Below are positions 1-11,318 of a stretch of DNA of 64,000 bases, one piece after another. The notes beneath the pieces are model-generated. The model had not been told where the DNA came from and did not search any database. It worked only from the letters and a program-made list of their open reading frames with translations. This stretch comes from Promethearchaeota archaeon (GTDB taxonomy: Archaea > Asgardarchaeota > Lokiarchaeia > Sigyniarchaeales > SOKP01): the NCBI GenBank assembly GCA_016839585.1, contig JAEOTZ010000072.1, positions 64,001 to 128,000 on the forward strand. The letters are read 5' to 3'. Position 1 is the first letter of the stretch. The number at the start of each line of letters is the position of its first letter. The translations under genes and the position numbers were made by a program.

Positions 1-92
1 TATTACTTAGATTTGCCAATAATTAATATTGAAAAGGATTTTAAGAGATTTTTAGAAATTTTTAATATTAAATAAATTGATAAAAATAAATT

Positions 93-2021
93 TTATTCAA
101 AATTTTTCCAAACTCTAGCAAACTGATGACATAAAAACTTGAAATCTTGTAAATTTTTTTTCCCTTCAGTATTTGAGAGAAAAAATTCGCTTAATTTTTC
201 ATAGACTTCAGTTTCATTTGAAAGATTATTTACTGAATCCTTAATCATCGAGATAAAGTTATGAATTGGTAAAATAATTTCAAATAATAACCATTCTTCA
301 AAAAAGATTTGATCTGAAAGAGATTGTATATTATAAGTGATCATAATTTGCGTCAAGTCTTCCATTGTATAAAAATATTTATCTGGAATCTCAATCTTAT
401 AAGTTTCCAGATCTTTTTTAAGCTGTTCCTTATTTAAACTGATAATATAATCTGGCCAAACATCATCCGAATAGTTTACATCTTGGAAAACAAACAATTC
501 TAAAACTCTTAAGGCTATATTTTTACCAATATAACGACTACGTGGATCAATGAAATTCTTTGATGCTTCATCTGGAGTGGGTTGAATAAATATTTTCTCT
601 ATTATTACATAAAGAATTCTACAAATATGGTCTGCAATAATATTAAAATTAAATGGAGTATTATTTGGATCCTCACATAAGGCTTTATTTTCACGATCCA
701 TCAGATCAAAAAAGTTTGAATTTAAACTCTTTAAAAAAGCCCTAAAAAATCCATAGTTTAATTGAGAAACATTTTTATTAAATATTTTTTGAAAAAATAG
801 ATCGATATCATCTATATTTGAAGCGATAGATAAAAAATTCAAAAACTTACCAATATTTTTAATTGAATTAGAATCAATAACATTATGTACTCTTTTATTA
901 TACTGATTTAATGTCGTTTTAAATATTTCAGGTAAAAATAATAAATCACTTACTTCTAAGGCTTCAAGACCAACCCCAAAATAATATTTCATATATAATA
1001 AAAATAGATTTAATTGAGATTTTGCTGATGGAAGGTTATTTGCTTGAAATGTAGCATATAAAGTAGATTTTTTGTCAAGAAAATTGAAAATTTTAATTAT
1101 TGAATTTTTTTTCTCTACACTATACTCCATATTAGCTAAAAAACTTTTTTTAATAATATCAATTTTGGAAAACACAGAATCTTCTACTCGAGATCCAACA
1201 AAATTAATAAAATCTAAAATGGGAGAAAAACTTTGTAATAATTTACATTTTCTATAGAAATAATACAACAAGTCAACTAAATTTTCTTTTGAATTTGGAT
1301 ATTCTTCTAAAGCAATTTGATATAAGTTCTCTCTTCCTTTCAATAATTTGTTATAAAATTCTTCTGGAACCCCCCTAAAATATTTAAGAAAATAATATAA
1401 AACCATGTTATAATAAGAGTTAAAAATTGCATCTTTACTATCCTTTATTATTATCATAAAATTCAGATCCAAACCTTTTTCTTCTTCTTTAACGTTAACA
1501 CCATCAAGTAAAATAAAGATTTTTTTATTAATTGTCTTTCTGATTACGGTTCCTAAAAGTCGAATAAGTAAATATAGATATCCTGCTGGAAATGAAAAGA
1601 TATATAATAAATCTTCTTGTATGCTGTTAGAAATATTATCAAAATATTTCTTTACTTCTAGAGTTAAAAAATAATTATATTCTAAAATTAAAATTTTCTC
1701 AGAGATTTTTTCTTTAATTATTATTTTTAATGAGTTTTCATTAATTCCAAAAAAATTTTCAACAAAATACTTAAAAAAATCATGAAAATTCTCATAAAAA
1801 AAGGTGGTAAATGTTTTTTTTAATACTTTTTTTTGATTTTTTAACTTAAAATCATTCCATTTTGCTTTAATGTCTTTTTTAAATTGTTCAAACTGATCTT
1901 TTTTCCTTTCTAAAATTTCAATAAATATGTCTGTTTCCGTTTTGTAATTGGGACTTTTCCCTATAGCTCTTTCTTCTATGAAATTTAAAATATCTTGTAA
2001 ATCTTCAATAGCCATTCTCAA
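93..2021 (-). CDS. Hypothetical protein, about 640 aa, predicted mostly alpha-helical (start may be ATG at 2015)
   Basis: Long ORF in AT-rich DNA; no motif recognised. Confidence 0.75.
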   Translation of the reverse strand: MRMAIEDLQDILNFIEERAIGKSPNYKTETDIFIEILERKKDQFEQFKKDIKAKWNDFKLKNQKKVLKKTFTTFFYENFHDFFKYFVENFFGINENSLKIIIKEKISEKILILEYNYFLTLEVKKYFDNISNSIQEDLLYIFSFPAGYLYLLIRLLGTVIRKTINKKIFILLDGVNVKEEEKGLDLNFMIIIKDSKDAIFNSYYNMVLYYFLKYFRGVPEEFYNKLLKGRENLYQIALEEYPNSKENLVDLLYYFYRKCKLLQSFSPILDFINFVGSRVEDSVFSKIDIIKKSFLANMEYSVEKKNSIIKIFNFLDKKSTLYATFQANNLPSAKSQLNLFLLYMKYYFGVGLEALEVSDLLFLPEIFKTTLNQYNKRVHNVIDSNSIKNIGKFLNFLSIASNIDDIDLFFQKIFNKNVSQLNYGFFRAFLKSLNSNFFDLMDRENKALCEDPNNTPFNFNIIADHICRILYVIIEKIFIQPTPDEASKNFIDPRSRYIGKNIALRVLELFVFQDVNYSDDVWPDYIISLNKEQLKKDLETYKIEIPDKYFYTMEDLTQIMITYNIQSLSDQIFFEEWLLFEIILPIHNFISMIKDSVNNLSNETEVYEKLSEFFLSNTEGKKNLQDFKFLCHQFARVWKNFE

Positions 2022-2198
2022 ACAAACATTAAATTGAAATGTTAAAATCCAATATAAAACAACCCTTAATATTAAAAAGTATATATAATATTTAATAAAA
2101 TTTAGAAAATAAAAATATTAGTTAACAATAAAAAACCTGTTAATATCTGCTAAAGTTGAAAAAATTTTATTATTTTCTGAGATCAATCTATAGGTAAA

Positions 2199-3236
2199 TT
2201 AAAAAATTTTTGTAATATCATCTGTCTCAGAATACTCTAAAGTTTTTATTTTTCCATCTTTTTCTTCAATCTTTAATCCTTCTTTTTTGGTTTTAACTTC
2301 TCCTATTATTTCAGCATCTATTCTATTCTTTCTTAATAAATTAATTAATTCAGATGAATCTTTTTTTTCTAAAGTAATCAATAAAGAACCGGAAGATATC
2401 GTATTTAATGGGTTGAGATTAAAAGTTTTACTTAACTCTAAAGGCTCTGGAAGAATTTTTATTTTTTTTTTTAATATTAAAGCACCTGTATTAGAAGCCA
2501 TCGCCATTTCAGCAATACCAGTGGCAAGTCCTCCTTCAGTTGGGTCATGCATTGATTTAATATGAAAATGCTGATTAGCTAAAAGAGCTTCCTTTAAAAC
2601 ACTTATACCTGGATTATAAAGATAATTCTTACATTTTTCTATAAAATCGGAAGAATACTCCTTTTCTAACAGTAAATTTTCTTTTTCTCGACCAATAATA
2701 GATGTTCCTTCAATAAAAACGCCTTTAGTCAATATTAGAACATCACCGGGTTCTGCTCCTGATGTTAAAACTAGTTTTTCTTTCTCAACTTCCCCTAATA
2801 AAGAACCAATTACAATAGGTCTTTCAAGTCCTAAGGAAATTTCTGTGTGACCTCCAATAACAGTTATATTCATAGCTTTACAAGTATCATGGATGCTTTT
2901 ATATATATCTTCAATTAATTCAATTGTTGTACCATTTTCTGGTAAAAGAATTGTTGATTGAAACCATTTTGGTTTTGCTCCCATACAGACAACATCATTA
3001 ACATTCACATTTACAGCATAGTATCCAATCTCATTTGTTGTAAATGTAATAGGATCTGTTTTTGCTACTAGATATTTATTACCAATATCAATAACCGCTG
3101 CATCTTCTCCGATTTTAGAGCCCATAATTACTCTTTTATCTTGATTTATTAAATCTGAAGCAAAATCTTTTAGCATTCTAGCTAAGTATTTATGTTTGAG
3201 TTTCCCAACTGTGAAACTATGGTTATTATTTGTCAT
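2199..3236 (-). CDS. AIR synthase (PurM)-like family protein, HypE-related
   Basis: GKL..., GEDAAVID, KTDPIT, VNVND, GGHTE, GD.LILTK and MHDPTEGG motifs. Confidence 0.85.
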   Translation of the reverse strand: MTNNNHSFTVGKLKHKYLARMLKDFASDLINQDKRVIMGSKIGEDAAVIDIGNKYLVAKTDPITFTTNEIGYYAVNVNVNDVVCMGAKPKWFQSTILLPENGTTIELIEDIYKSIHDTCKAMNITVIGGHTEISLGLERPIVIGSLLGEVEKEKLVLTSGAEPGDVLILTKGVFIEGTSIIGREKENLLLEKEYSSDFIEKCKNYLYNPGISVLKEALLANQHFHIKSMHDPTEGGLATGIAEMAMASNTGALILKKKIKILPEPLELSKTFNLNPLNTISSGSLLITLEKKDSSELINLLRKNRIDAEIIGEVKTKKEGLKIEEKDGKIKTLEYSETDDITKIF

Positions 3237-3421
3237 CGATTATCATTATATTAATTTGGTTATAAAATCTCTTAATTTATTAAAAAATAATCCTATAAAG
3301 CTTAATAATATCTGAGAAAAACATAAAGAATTCATCACAAAAATTATATTTACCCTTAAAGGTTAATTATATTTATAAATTAGATATTTAATTCAAAACT
3401 GAAAAAAAAATTAAAAAGGTC

Positions 3422-3991
3422 TTGATAGCTATGAGTTTTGCTAAATCATTTGGATTGAGCTTAGTTATTTTTATTGGTCTAAATGTGGTGTTTTTCTTTA
3501 TTGGATACGCACTCATTGATGGCGGATTAGATGCGTTTTTCACTGCTTTAGAAACTGACTTATCAGTTATTCTAGAACCATTATTTGGACCCTTATTTGG
3601 TCCAATTATTGCAGGGGCACTTTTAGGGGATCCTTTAATTCCAGATACAGGAATGGGACCTGAATCAATTTTATACACTGTTTTAGTAGTATCTGATCTA
3701 GAATTAGGTTTTATCGTATTACTGATTGGCTATATTGCAGCTCCTTTAGTTGCTGCTATACTGGCAGGAAGATTCGCAGAGAATAAGATTGAAGCCTTAT
3801 TAGGATGGTTTTTAGCTACTATGGTAAGTGCTGTTATTGTTGTAAGCTGGAGAATCTATGTTCTGAGTGATACAGGTTATCCTGCAGGTTCTATAATAGA
3901 TTTCGCGATTTTCACAACAGGATTAGGTGCTATAATTGGTATCTTTTATAGTTGTTTTGCTTTACTTTTCACATCAACAGAATATTTTTAA
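3422..3991 (+). CDS. Multi-pass membrane protein of unknown function (start probably ATG at 3431)
   Basis: Four or five hydrophobic segments; T-tract follows at about 4015-4022. Confidence 0.75.
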   Translation: MIAMSFAKSFGLSLVIFIGLNVVFFFIGYALIDGGLDAFFTALETDLSVILEPLFGPLFGPIIAGALLGDPLIPDTGMGPESILYTVLVVSDLELGFIVLLIGYIAAPLVAAILAGRFAENKIEALLGWFLATMVSAVIVVSWRIYVLSDTGYPAGSIIDFAIFTTGLGAIIGIFYSCFALLFTSTEYF

Positions 3992-4070
3992 ATCTAAATA
4001 TTCATTAATACATCTTTTTTTTCTATTACTAAATACTTTATTCTAAAAATAGAAGATGAATTTAATTATA

Positions 4071-4373
4071 TTAGGTTTTTCTGAGTATTTCTTTTAAGTA
4101 TAGTTTCATGAAATACCTTTGGCTATTACAGAATTCGAATTTTTGCTTTGTTGTCAAAGTTGAACAATTTAATAAGATAAGATGAAGGCTTTTGATAATA
4201 TCGAAATTATCGTCCAAATCATTTATAATTTCTTTGTTTAATTGATTATGAGAATTTTCTTTAAATTTTCTCTTTAATTGAACCTCTTTCTTATCTAGGC
4301 TTATTAATTCCTTAATTTTATAATTTTCTTTTACACTTTCAAATCTCTTGTTGTTAATTCTACCCGAACTCAT
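4071..4373 (-). CDS. Small hypothetical protein
   Basis: 100-aa ATG ORF with protein-like composition. Confidence 0.5.
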   Translation of the reverse strand: MSSGRINNKRFESVKENYKIKELISLDKKEVQLKRKFKENSHNQLNKEIINDLDDNFDIIKSLHLILLNCSTLTTKQKFEFCNSQRYFMKLYLKEILRKT

Positions 4374-4984
4374 ATCTCATCTTATCAAAATTATCATTTA
4401 ATTTCCTTATTTTTTATAATAATATTCTTAAGTTTCAGATTTAATACCCAAATAGAATGTATATTCCGATAGATTCATTATTTACAATGACATTTATGGA
4501 AAAAGTACTTTTTTTCTCAGATTTTACATATACTATTATTTTACTTATATAAATTTGATAGCGGAGCTTTTATTAATGGATTAATAAAATAATTTCTGAT
4601 TAATTCAAGAAATTTTCATGAGACTGAATTCTATATAGAAATAGGAAAGAAGGATAACAAAATTCAAATCTAAAATAAAATAAGTATTTTGAGGGCGAAA
4701 TCCAATGTGAGATTGAAAGTTTTGTTTCCCTTCTTATTAATTGCTTTATACTTACCTTTAAAAACTAAACAAAAAAACACTGGAATTATATAAATGTTTA
4801 AGATAAGAGAATTCACGAGAAGGTTTAGGTTTTCAGAAAATTTAAGGTTTTAAGAGATTTTCTCATAAAGTTTTTTTTAATCCTTCTCGCAGTCCTCTCT
4901 ATAAAATAAGTTAAAATAGTGATCAATTCAGTAACTAGAAGTTTTAAAACAAGTATTTAAATGGCAAAAACGAATATGAAAAGG

Positions 4985-5230
4985 TTATTCATTTATATTT
5001 TCCTTAATAAAGCAAATTGGAATAGTTGAAATCATAATTAGAATTCCAGCAATCATGATTATTATTTCAGTATCAATATGGTTAAATAAATATGTACCCA
5101 TAGGAGTGAAAACAACATTAGCAGCTATACTAAATAAAGCCATTAATTGATAATAGAAGACTTTGTTTTGAGAAAGTTCCATCATTATTGAAAGCAAACT
5201 CAATAATAAAATAAAAATTAAGGGAAGCAC
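4985..5230 (-). pseudogene. Probable C-terminal remnant of an MFS-like transporter
   Basis: Three hydrophobic helices ending ...PICFIKE, resembling the last MFS helices; an in-frame stop lies about 15 codons upstream and there is no N-terminal half. Confidence 0.4.
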
Positions 5231-5506
5231 CCTTAATTGTAAATATAAAATGTTAAATTCGAATTTAATAGTTCATTAAAAGGAACTGAAATTCGAATTT
5301 CACTGCCATTTAGGGAACTGTCTCTCCACCAAAATACATTATAATAAACCTCCTCCCGTTAACCAATGTGTAGACAACCTTATCTACAAAAATATATTTC
5401 TAGATTTATTTTTAAAGTACTCGAAAAAATAGTTAAATAATTAATAAAATATTAAATATGGTTTTGCTTAATTGTATCTGATTAGGTAAAAAATATAGAA
5501 TTCATC

Positions 5507-8500
5507 ATGCTAAATCTTAAAATTTTAGAAGATTTTTCATTTGAAAATGATATTGATAATTTAGATAATATTTTTCAGATTATACTTATAGAACTAAAAA
5601 ATTACCTAGTTTTAAATCCTATCTTAGAAAATGTGAAATTTCTTTACAAAAGTCCCAAAGAATCTGAAAATTTAAGAAAAAATATTTTCAATATAGGAGT
5701 TGATAGACATTTTGAAAGTGGAATTTTAGTAATTGAGGTTTTTGAAAATTATATACAATTCCTACCAATAATTTTATTAAGAGAAATATATAATTCTTTT
5801 ATCCCTGAAGCCATAAAAGAAAATGAAGATATTCAATTTATTATAAATCAAATTGTTCTAAAAGATTTATCTAAATTACGTAAAATTTCTGAATGGAAAT
5901 CCCTACTTAATAAAAACGTAGTTACTTATGAATTATTAGTTTCACAACTTAATAAATTAGATAAATTTCTTAAATTACCTGGAGCTATACAATTTATTTT
6001 TGAATTTATGCGTAGAAATGTTCCATTAATTGAAGAGGGAATGGAGGATATTTATTATAAGATTTTTAAAGAATACGCGTTTAAAACGTCTAAATCTATA
6101 AACGATGATGATATTATCGAGACTTTAAGAGTCTTAATTAACATCTTTTATGATACAGAAGGCTATAAGTACTTATATGATTATCAAAACTTATTTGATG
6201 AAATGAAATCAAATGGAATAATCCAATCTGAATTAAGTAAAAGAAAGTTCACTGAAAATATGAAATGGATTAATAACTTTTCCTACATTTCCCCATCCTA
6301 TCAAATAAATTGGCAAGCATTAAATTTGGTAACAGTTATTTTCAATTTTAAATTTAATCCATTTCTAGAAAAAATAAAAATCTTTAAATTCATTGAACAA
6401 TCTCCATTTCTTATATCTCCCAAATATTCAATAAATAGTAAAATCACAGAAGTATTAGGTTACTTTCTGGTTCCCAAGGTTTATTTAGATGATTTAATAT
6501 CTTTTATTGAGAAGTTATATGATTATGGATATATTCTCGAAAAAAATTATCTTATTCTTCAGAAAATTTCAAACTTCTTGAATTTGAATTATTTTAGAGA
6601 ATTTCATAAGATTAAAAGAAAGATCATTAATTTAAATCATAGAAAATATGAAAAACAATACGAAATTTCATTTGAAATGGAATACAAACCTTCTTTTTAT
6701 GAATCAAAATTATCACTATTAGATTGGATTATTCTTGATAGACTACTCTATGTTTCAGTTACAGGATTTACATTTGAGAAAAGATCAGAAACATTAAATT
6801 ATTTAAAATCCGATTTAGAAGATGAAATTTTAAGTCAAAGTGTGTTAATTGAAAGTATAGATGAAAAATTATCAAAGATATATAACTCTCCAAATCTTAA
6901 AGAAGAAATTATAGAATTCTTAGATTATTATAATAAATTTGGATTTTTTTACGTTAAAGAATTATTAAAAAATCTTTTACTTTGTTTAAATTTAATAGAA
7001 AAGATTCTATTAGAAAATTTAGAAATTAAAAGCGAATATCTACTTTTAGAATTCTTGAAGAAAAATGGTATTTCTCAATCAATTGAAGAAAATATTATAT
7101 TTACTGATAGCAACATAAATAGAATTATTTTTAATGTATTTATACCCCTTTATATCAAATCAAAAGAAAAATTTAGACAAGAAGTTCGAAAGTATCAATT
7201 CCTTTATGAGTTTTTTATATTATGCAGTGATCTAAAAATTTTTAATCCGAAAGCAATGAGACAGATAATTGAAAACTCAGAATTAGGGAGAAGAATTAGT
7301 GATACAAAAAGGGAGAAATTTGAAATGTTCTATGATACAGAAAAACCACATAATATTACGATTCAAGTGATTGATGATAAATTTAAAGAATATCTCAACC
7401 AAAGTACCCACACTCCAGTAATTAAACCTATTTTAATTAACACAATTTATACAAGTGCCTTTTCTAAATATTTTCCTACCATTATTCTCAAAGATACAAT
7501 TGAAGCTAGGGATAAGTTGGATAAGATAAAATTATTTTTTCCAAGAGCTCTTATCATGTTTGTTAAAGATCTAATTTCTAATGAAAACTTAATTATTACA
7601 CAACTTTATCTCCCCAATTTAAAAGTAAAAGAAAAGAATATTTTTATTTCAATTCTTCATAGCATTTTTAAAAAAGATTTAATTAAATTTTCAAGATTTC
7701 ATTCCAGTGGAGAGATTGAATTCTATTCATTAAGAAATTTTTATAATTTTGATAATAAAAAATTCTTTTATACAAAAGATTTATTTGAACAATATTTTCT
7801 TTACTCTAGACAGCTTTTTGGAAAAGAGTTAAAATTAAATCAAGAATCCTATAATAAAATTCAAGGAAAATTTTGGTCCAAAGAAAGAGAAATGTTAAAT
7901 TTAGTTGAACAAATAAATATCAGATTCTCAAAGGAAAATATTGATCTTAACATTTCTAAATTAAATAATCTATTAGTATTTCATTATGATTTACAAAATT
8001 ATTTGTTAGATCGGGAGATATTTAACGGTGAAAAGTCAAAATATTTTTTTAAAAATTATATAAAGTCTATTAAATTTTTACCTGCTCTTCAATATTTTGG
8101 ATTTGGTCAATATTATGTATATATCTATCCCTATAACTTAGATGAAATAGATTTTAGACTTCTGTTGGACAATTCATTTCAAAAAGTCCAGTATCCAGTA
8201 TTCATGGATAAATCGACTTCGATATTCATAAAATATCTATGGCCATATCGAAATCCAAACTTATCATATATACACTGGCTCGCCAAATCGAAAAAGGATA
8301 TTCGAGAGTATTGTATATTCTTCATAAAAAAGATTTACCAACTCTTCCATTTTAACTATAATGTCAGTTCAAACAATTGGATTTATGATTCGAATAGGTT
8401 CAAAATATACATGCAAAATATCCTCTACAATCCTAATTATAAGGTTCAAATTTCAAAATTAAAGGAATTTAATGTAGGTAATTTAAATATCTCTCATTAT

Positions 8501-9115
8501 AATGGTCCAGATTCATCCGATTTTGAAAATTTAACAAAAATTTATAATTGGCATTCAATCGATATTAAATCATATATACTTACAAAAAAATTATCTATGA
8601 TTAATCCTATTATTGATCTTTTAGAAAAAGGCTTAATTTTTCCATATTTAAATTTAAAAAATCTGGATTTATTAGAAAAAATCTATATCATTTTGCCAAA
8701 CGTAAAGCAAGAATTAAATAAGCAGTTAATAGAAATATTTAGTTTTTTCAATTTAGGATTTATTTATGAAATTGAAGGTGAATACTTTATATATGGAATA
8801 TCAGAAGAGGTAAAATTTGAAAATGGTTTAATGATAAAATTATATTTTCCAGATTGTGATCTTAATGAATTTATTAAATTATTTGAATTACTATTCCACT
8901 ATTTAAAAATAGAACATTATCTCATTTTAAATGATTTAGTTGATGGAAAAAATTTACTTAAATCGATTTATAGAAATTTAAATTTCTTAAAAGATTATAA
9001 TCCATTAAAAAATTTAACATGGAATCCAAAAGATAAGATTTGGATGAATAATAAGCTTTTTAATGAGATATTTGAACCAATTTACCATGATCTAATCCCT
9101 GAAGAAAAAGATTAG
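5507..9115 (+). CDS. Large 1202-aa protein with about four degenerate Lrp/AsnC-like (wHTH + RAM) repeats
   Basis: Recurring units: YISPSYQINWQALNL, VIKPILINTI, IKSIKFLPALQYFGF, LLEKGLIFPYLNLKNLDL, each followed by beta/alpha segments. Confidence 0.6.
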   Translation: MLNLKILEDFSFENDIDNLDNIFQIILIELKNYLVLNPILENVKFLYKSPKESENLRKNIFNIGVDRHFESGILVIEVFENYIQFLPIILLREIYNSFIPEAIKENEDIQFIINQIVLKDLSKLRKISEWKSLLNKNVVTYELLVSQLNKLDKFLKLPGAIQFIFEFMRRNVPLIEEGMEDIYYKIFKEYAFKTSKSINDDDIIETLRVLINIFYDTEGYKYLYDYQNLFDEMKSNGIIQSELSKRKFTENMKWINNFSYISPSYQINWQALNLVTVIFNFKFNPFLEKIKIFKFIEQSPFLISPKYSINSKITEVLGYFLVPKVYLDDLISFIEKLYDYGYILEKNYLILQKISNFLNLNYFREFHKIKRKIINLNHRKYEKQYEISFEMEYKPSFYESKLSLLDWIILDRLLYVSVTGFTFEKRSETLNYLKSDLEDEILSQSVLIESIDEKLSKIYNSPNLKEEIIEFLDYYNKFGFFYVKELLKNLLLCLNLIEKILLENLEIKSEYLLLEFLKKNGISQSIEENIIFTDSNINRIIFNVFIPLYIKSKEKFRQEVRKYQFLYEFFILCSDLKIFNPKAMRQIIENSELGRRISDTKREKFEMFYDTEKPHNITIQVIDDKFKEYLNQSTHTPVIKPILINTIYTSAFSKYFPTIILKDTIEARDKLDKIKLFFPRALIMFVKDLISNENLIITQLYLPNLKVKEKNIFISILHSIFKKDLIKFSRFHSSGEIEFYSLRNFYNFDNKKFFYTKDLFEQYFLYSRQLFGKELKLNQESYNKIQGKFWSKEREMLNLVEQINIRFSKENIDLNISKLNNLLVFHYDLQNYLLDREIFNGEKSKYFFKNYIKSIKFLPALQYFGFGQYYVYIYPYNLDEIDFRLLLDNSFQKVQYPVFMDKSTSIFIKYLWPYRNPNLSYIHWLAKSKKDIREYCIFFIKKIYQLFHFNYNVSSNNWIYDSNRFKIYMQNILYNPNYKVQISKLKEFNVGNLNISHYNGPDSSDFENLTKIYNWHSIDIKSYILTKKLSMINPIIDLLEKGLIFPYLNLKNLDLLEKIYIILPNVKQELNKQLIEIFSFFNLGFIYEIEGEYFIYGISEEVKFENGLMIKLYFPDCDLNEFIKLFELLFHYLKIEHYLILNDLVDGKNLLKSIYRNLNFLKDYNPLKNLTWNPKDKIWMNNKLFNEIFEPIYHDLIPEEKD

Positions 9116-9150
9116 AAAATTATTAAAAAATTCTTTTATTTTCAATATTA

Positions 9151-10632
9151 ATGGTTGAAGATCAAAAATATTTCGAAGAATTTGATTCATTATTTTACCC
9201 CAAACATATAGCTTTTATTGGAGCATCAGAGAGTTCTACTTTTGGGTCAATGATGTATTTATCTGCTTTTAAGGATTCAAGATGGAATAATAGTTTTTAT
9301 CCCGTTAATCCAAAACATACTAAAATAATGGAATGGAAATGTTATCCTACTGTTTTAGATATCTCTCACCCTATAGATACGGCTTATATTTCAGTTAAAA
9401 CACAGATTATCCCAAAAGTAGTTAAAGAATGTGTTGAGAAAGGTGTAAAATGGTTAATAGTTTTTGCTTCTGGATTTTCCGAAACAGGAGATCCTGAAGG
9501 AGAAAAATTGGAACAGGAACTTAAGGAAATAATTAAAGGCTCCAAAACAAGAATTATTGGTCCAAATTGTTTAGGTCCTTATAATGCAGAAATTGGAATG
9601 GCATTTACATTTGCTTCTCAAAAAGGGATACCTGGCTCAGTTTCTTTCATGTCTCAGTCTGGAGGTCATTTAAGTCAGTTATTAGATATTGGATTTAAAA
9701 GGGATATTAGATTTCGTTATGGAGTTTCTTTTGGAAACCAAATAGATCTCAATTGTGTCGATTTCTTAAAACATTTCCGTCAAGATCCTAAAACTAAAAT
9801 ATTAGCTAGCTATTTAGAAAGTTTCGGTTCCAGTAATGGACGTGGGTTTTTTTTAGAGCTTAAAAAAACAACAAATATTAAACCAGTAATATTATGGAAA
9901 GGAGGATATACAGATGATGGCTCTCGAGCAGCTTTTTCTCATACTGGAGCAATTGCTACTGATCAACGTTTATGGGCATCGATGGCTAAGCAGACTGGAG
10001 TTTTAATTGTAAAGGATAATGAACAATTTTGGAATACGATTAAAACATTTGAACTTTTATTTCCCCAATATTTTCCAAATGGAAGAAACGTCGGAATAGT
10101 AACTCCAGGAGGAGGATCTTCTGTAAATATGACAGATTTATTTGCAGATCATCTATTAAATGTGCCAGAATTAACCCTTGAATCTCAAGAAAAATTAAGT
10201 AAAATATTACCTAAAGAAAACGTAAATATTAAGAATCCTGTTGATCTTGGAGCGTCTGGTTTTGTTCTCAATATATTTATAGATTGTATTAAAAATGTAG
10301 TTAATGACTCCAATATTGACATAATTGTTGTTCCCTTGTGGCCCCATCATCTTTATAGCCATGTTTTTAAAAGAATGATAAAAGTTCAAAAAAATACCTT
10401 AAAACCTTTTACATTTTGTTTACCTAGTATAGCAGATTCCTTTGAATTAGCACAAAGATTTAAACAAGTGAAAAAGATACTGCATGAATATCGAGTTCTC
10501 TATTTTTTTTCGCTTCGGGATGCTGCAAACAGTCTTTCTTTATTATGTGATTATGTTGATTTCTTAAAATCTCGTAATATTGAAATAGAAAATAAGCAAC
10601 AAGTTTTAAATAGGAGTTTTCTTAAAAAATAG
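9151..10632 (+). CDS. Acyl-CoA synthetase (NDP-forming) alpha subunit / acetate-CoA ligase family
   Basis: CoA-binding IAFIGAS...YPVNP, ASGFSE, RIIGPNCLG, SQSGG, phospho-His in SHTGA, NPVDL. Confidence 0.9.
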   Translation: MVEDQKYFEEFDSLFYPKHIAFIGASESSTFGSMMYLSAFKDSRWNNSFYPVNPKHTKIMEWKCYPTVLDISHPIDTAYISVKTQIIPKVVKECVEKGVKWLIVFASGFSETGDPEGEKLEQELKEIIKGSKTRIIGPNCLGPYNAEIGMAFTFASQKGIPGSVSFMSQSGGHLSQLLDIGFKRDIRFRYGVSFGNQIDLNCVDFLKHFRQDPKTKILASYLESFGSSNGRGFFLELKKTTNIKPVILWKGGYTDDGSRAAFSHTGAIATDQRLWASMAKQTGVLIVKDNEQFWNTIKTFELLFPQYFPNGRNVGIVTPGGGSSVNMTDLFADHLLNVPELTLESQEKLSKILPKENVNIKNPVDLGASGFVLNIFIDCIKNVVNDSNIDIIVVPLWPHHLYSHVFKRMIKVQKNTLKPFTFCLPSIADSFELAQRFKQVKKILHEYRVLYFFSLRDAANSLSLLCDYVDFLKSRNIEIENKQQVLNRSFLKK

Positions 10633-10808
10633 TTCAGTTTATAGAACTGATTTTATAATATTTATTGTTTTTTTTATCACAAGTTTCTTCTCTTGAATAG
10701 AGAAAATGTTGAGAAGGTTTGTCAAAAGTTAAAACTATTCTCAAAAAAATAATATCTTTCTTTAAAAGCAACTCTTTTCACATAATCTCTCAATTATTTG
10801 ATTGAAAA

Positions 10809-11318
10809 CTAAAATTTTAAATTTTTATCATGTTTACGAGCCCAATTTAAAAGTATTTTGCTTTTTTTTGGAAAATTAAGTGTTAATACTTTTGCTGCTA
10901 TCTTTCTTATAGTTGGGCTCTCATCTGAGAGCAAACAATCCTGAAGAATTTGAAAAGCCTCATCATTTTTTAAACCCAATAATTCAAATGCTAGGATACT
11001 ATTTTCTCTAACTTCTATTTGATCACTATTTTCAATAAAAAATTTTAATAGATCAGTTGCTTCATTTTTGTTTAACTTCTTTGTAGTAACATAATCATAA
11101 ACTTTTGCTACGTCTAAGTCCTTATTCAAGAATTCCAGAGCATCTTGATATATTAATTTAGATTTAGAATTTTCTTCGATTTTTAATTTTTGAATTAAAT
11201 CAAATGGACAATCATGATTTTCTGGCAATCTATGATTTTTACAAAATATCATTCCGCAATATTTACATCTATATAGCAGTTTACTAATTTTAATATTACA
11301 ATAATAACAATTCGCCAT
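10809..11318 (-). CDS. AN1-type zinc finger + HEAT repeat protein
   Basis: CYYC-x9-CKYC-x4-CKNHRLPENHDC; C-terminal HEAT-like LLSDESPTIRKIAAKVL. Confidence 0.85.
   Translation of the reverse strand: MANCYYCNIKISKLLYRCKYCGMIFCKNHRLPENHDCPFDLIQKLKIEENSKSKLIYQDALEFLNKDLDVAKVYDYVTTKKLNKNEATDLLKFFIENSDQIEVRENSILAFELLGLKNDEAFQILQDCLLSDESPTIRKIAAKVLTLNFPKKSKILLNWARKHDKNLKF

Noticed and set aside
2199-3236. Selenophosphate synthetase SelD or true HypE
   Set aside because: No N-terminal Cys/Sec-x-x-Lys of SelD and no C-terminal PRIC of HypE
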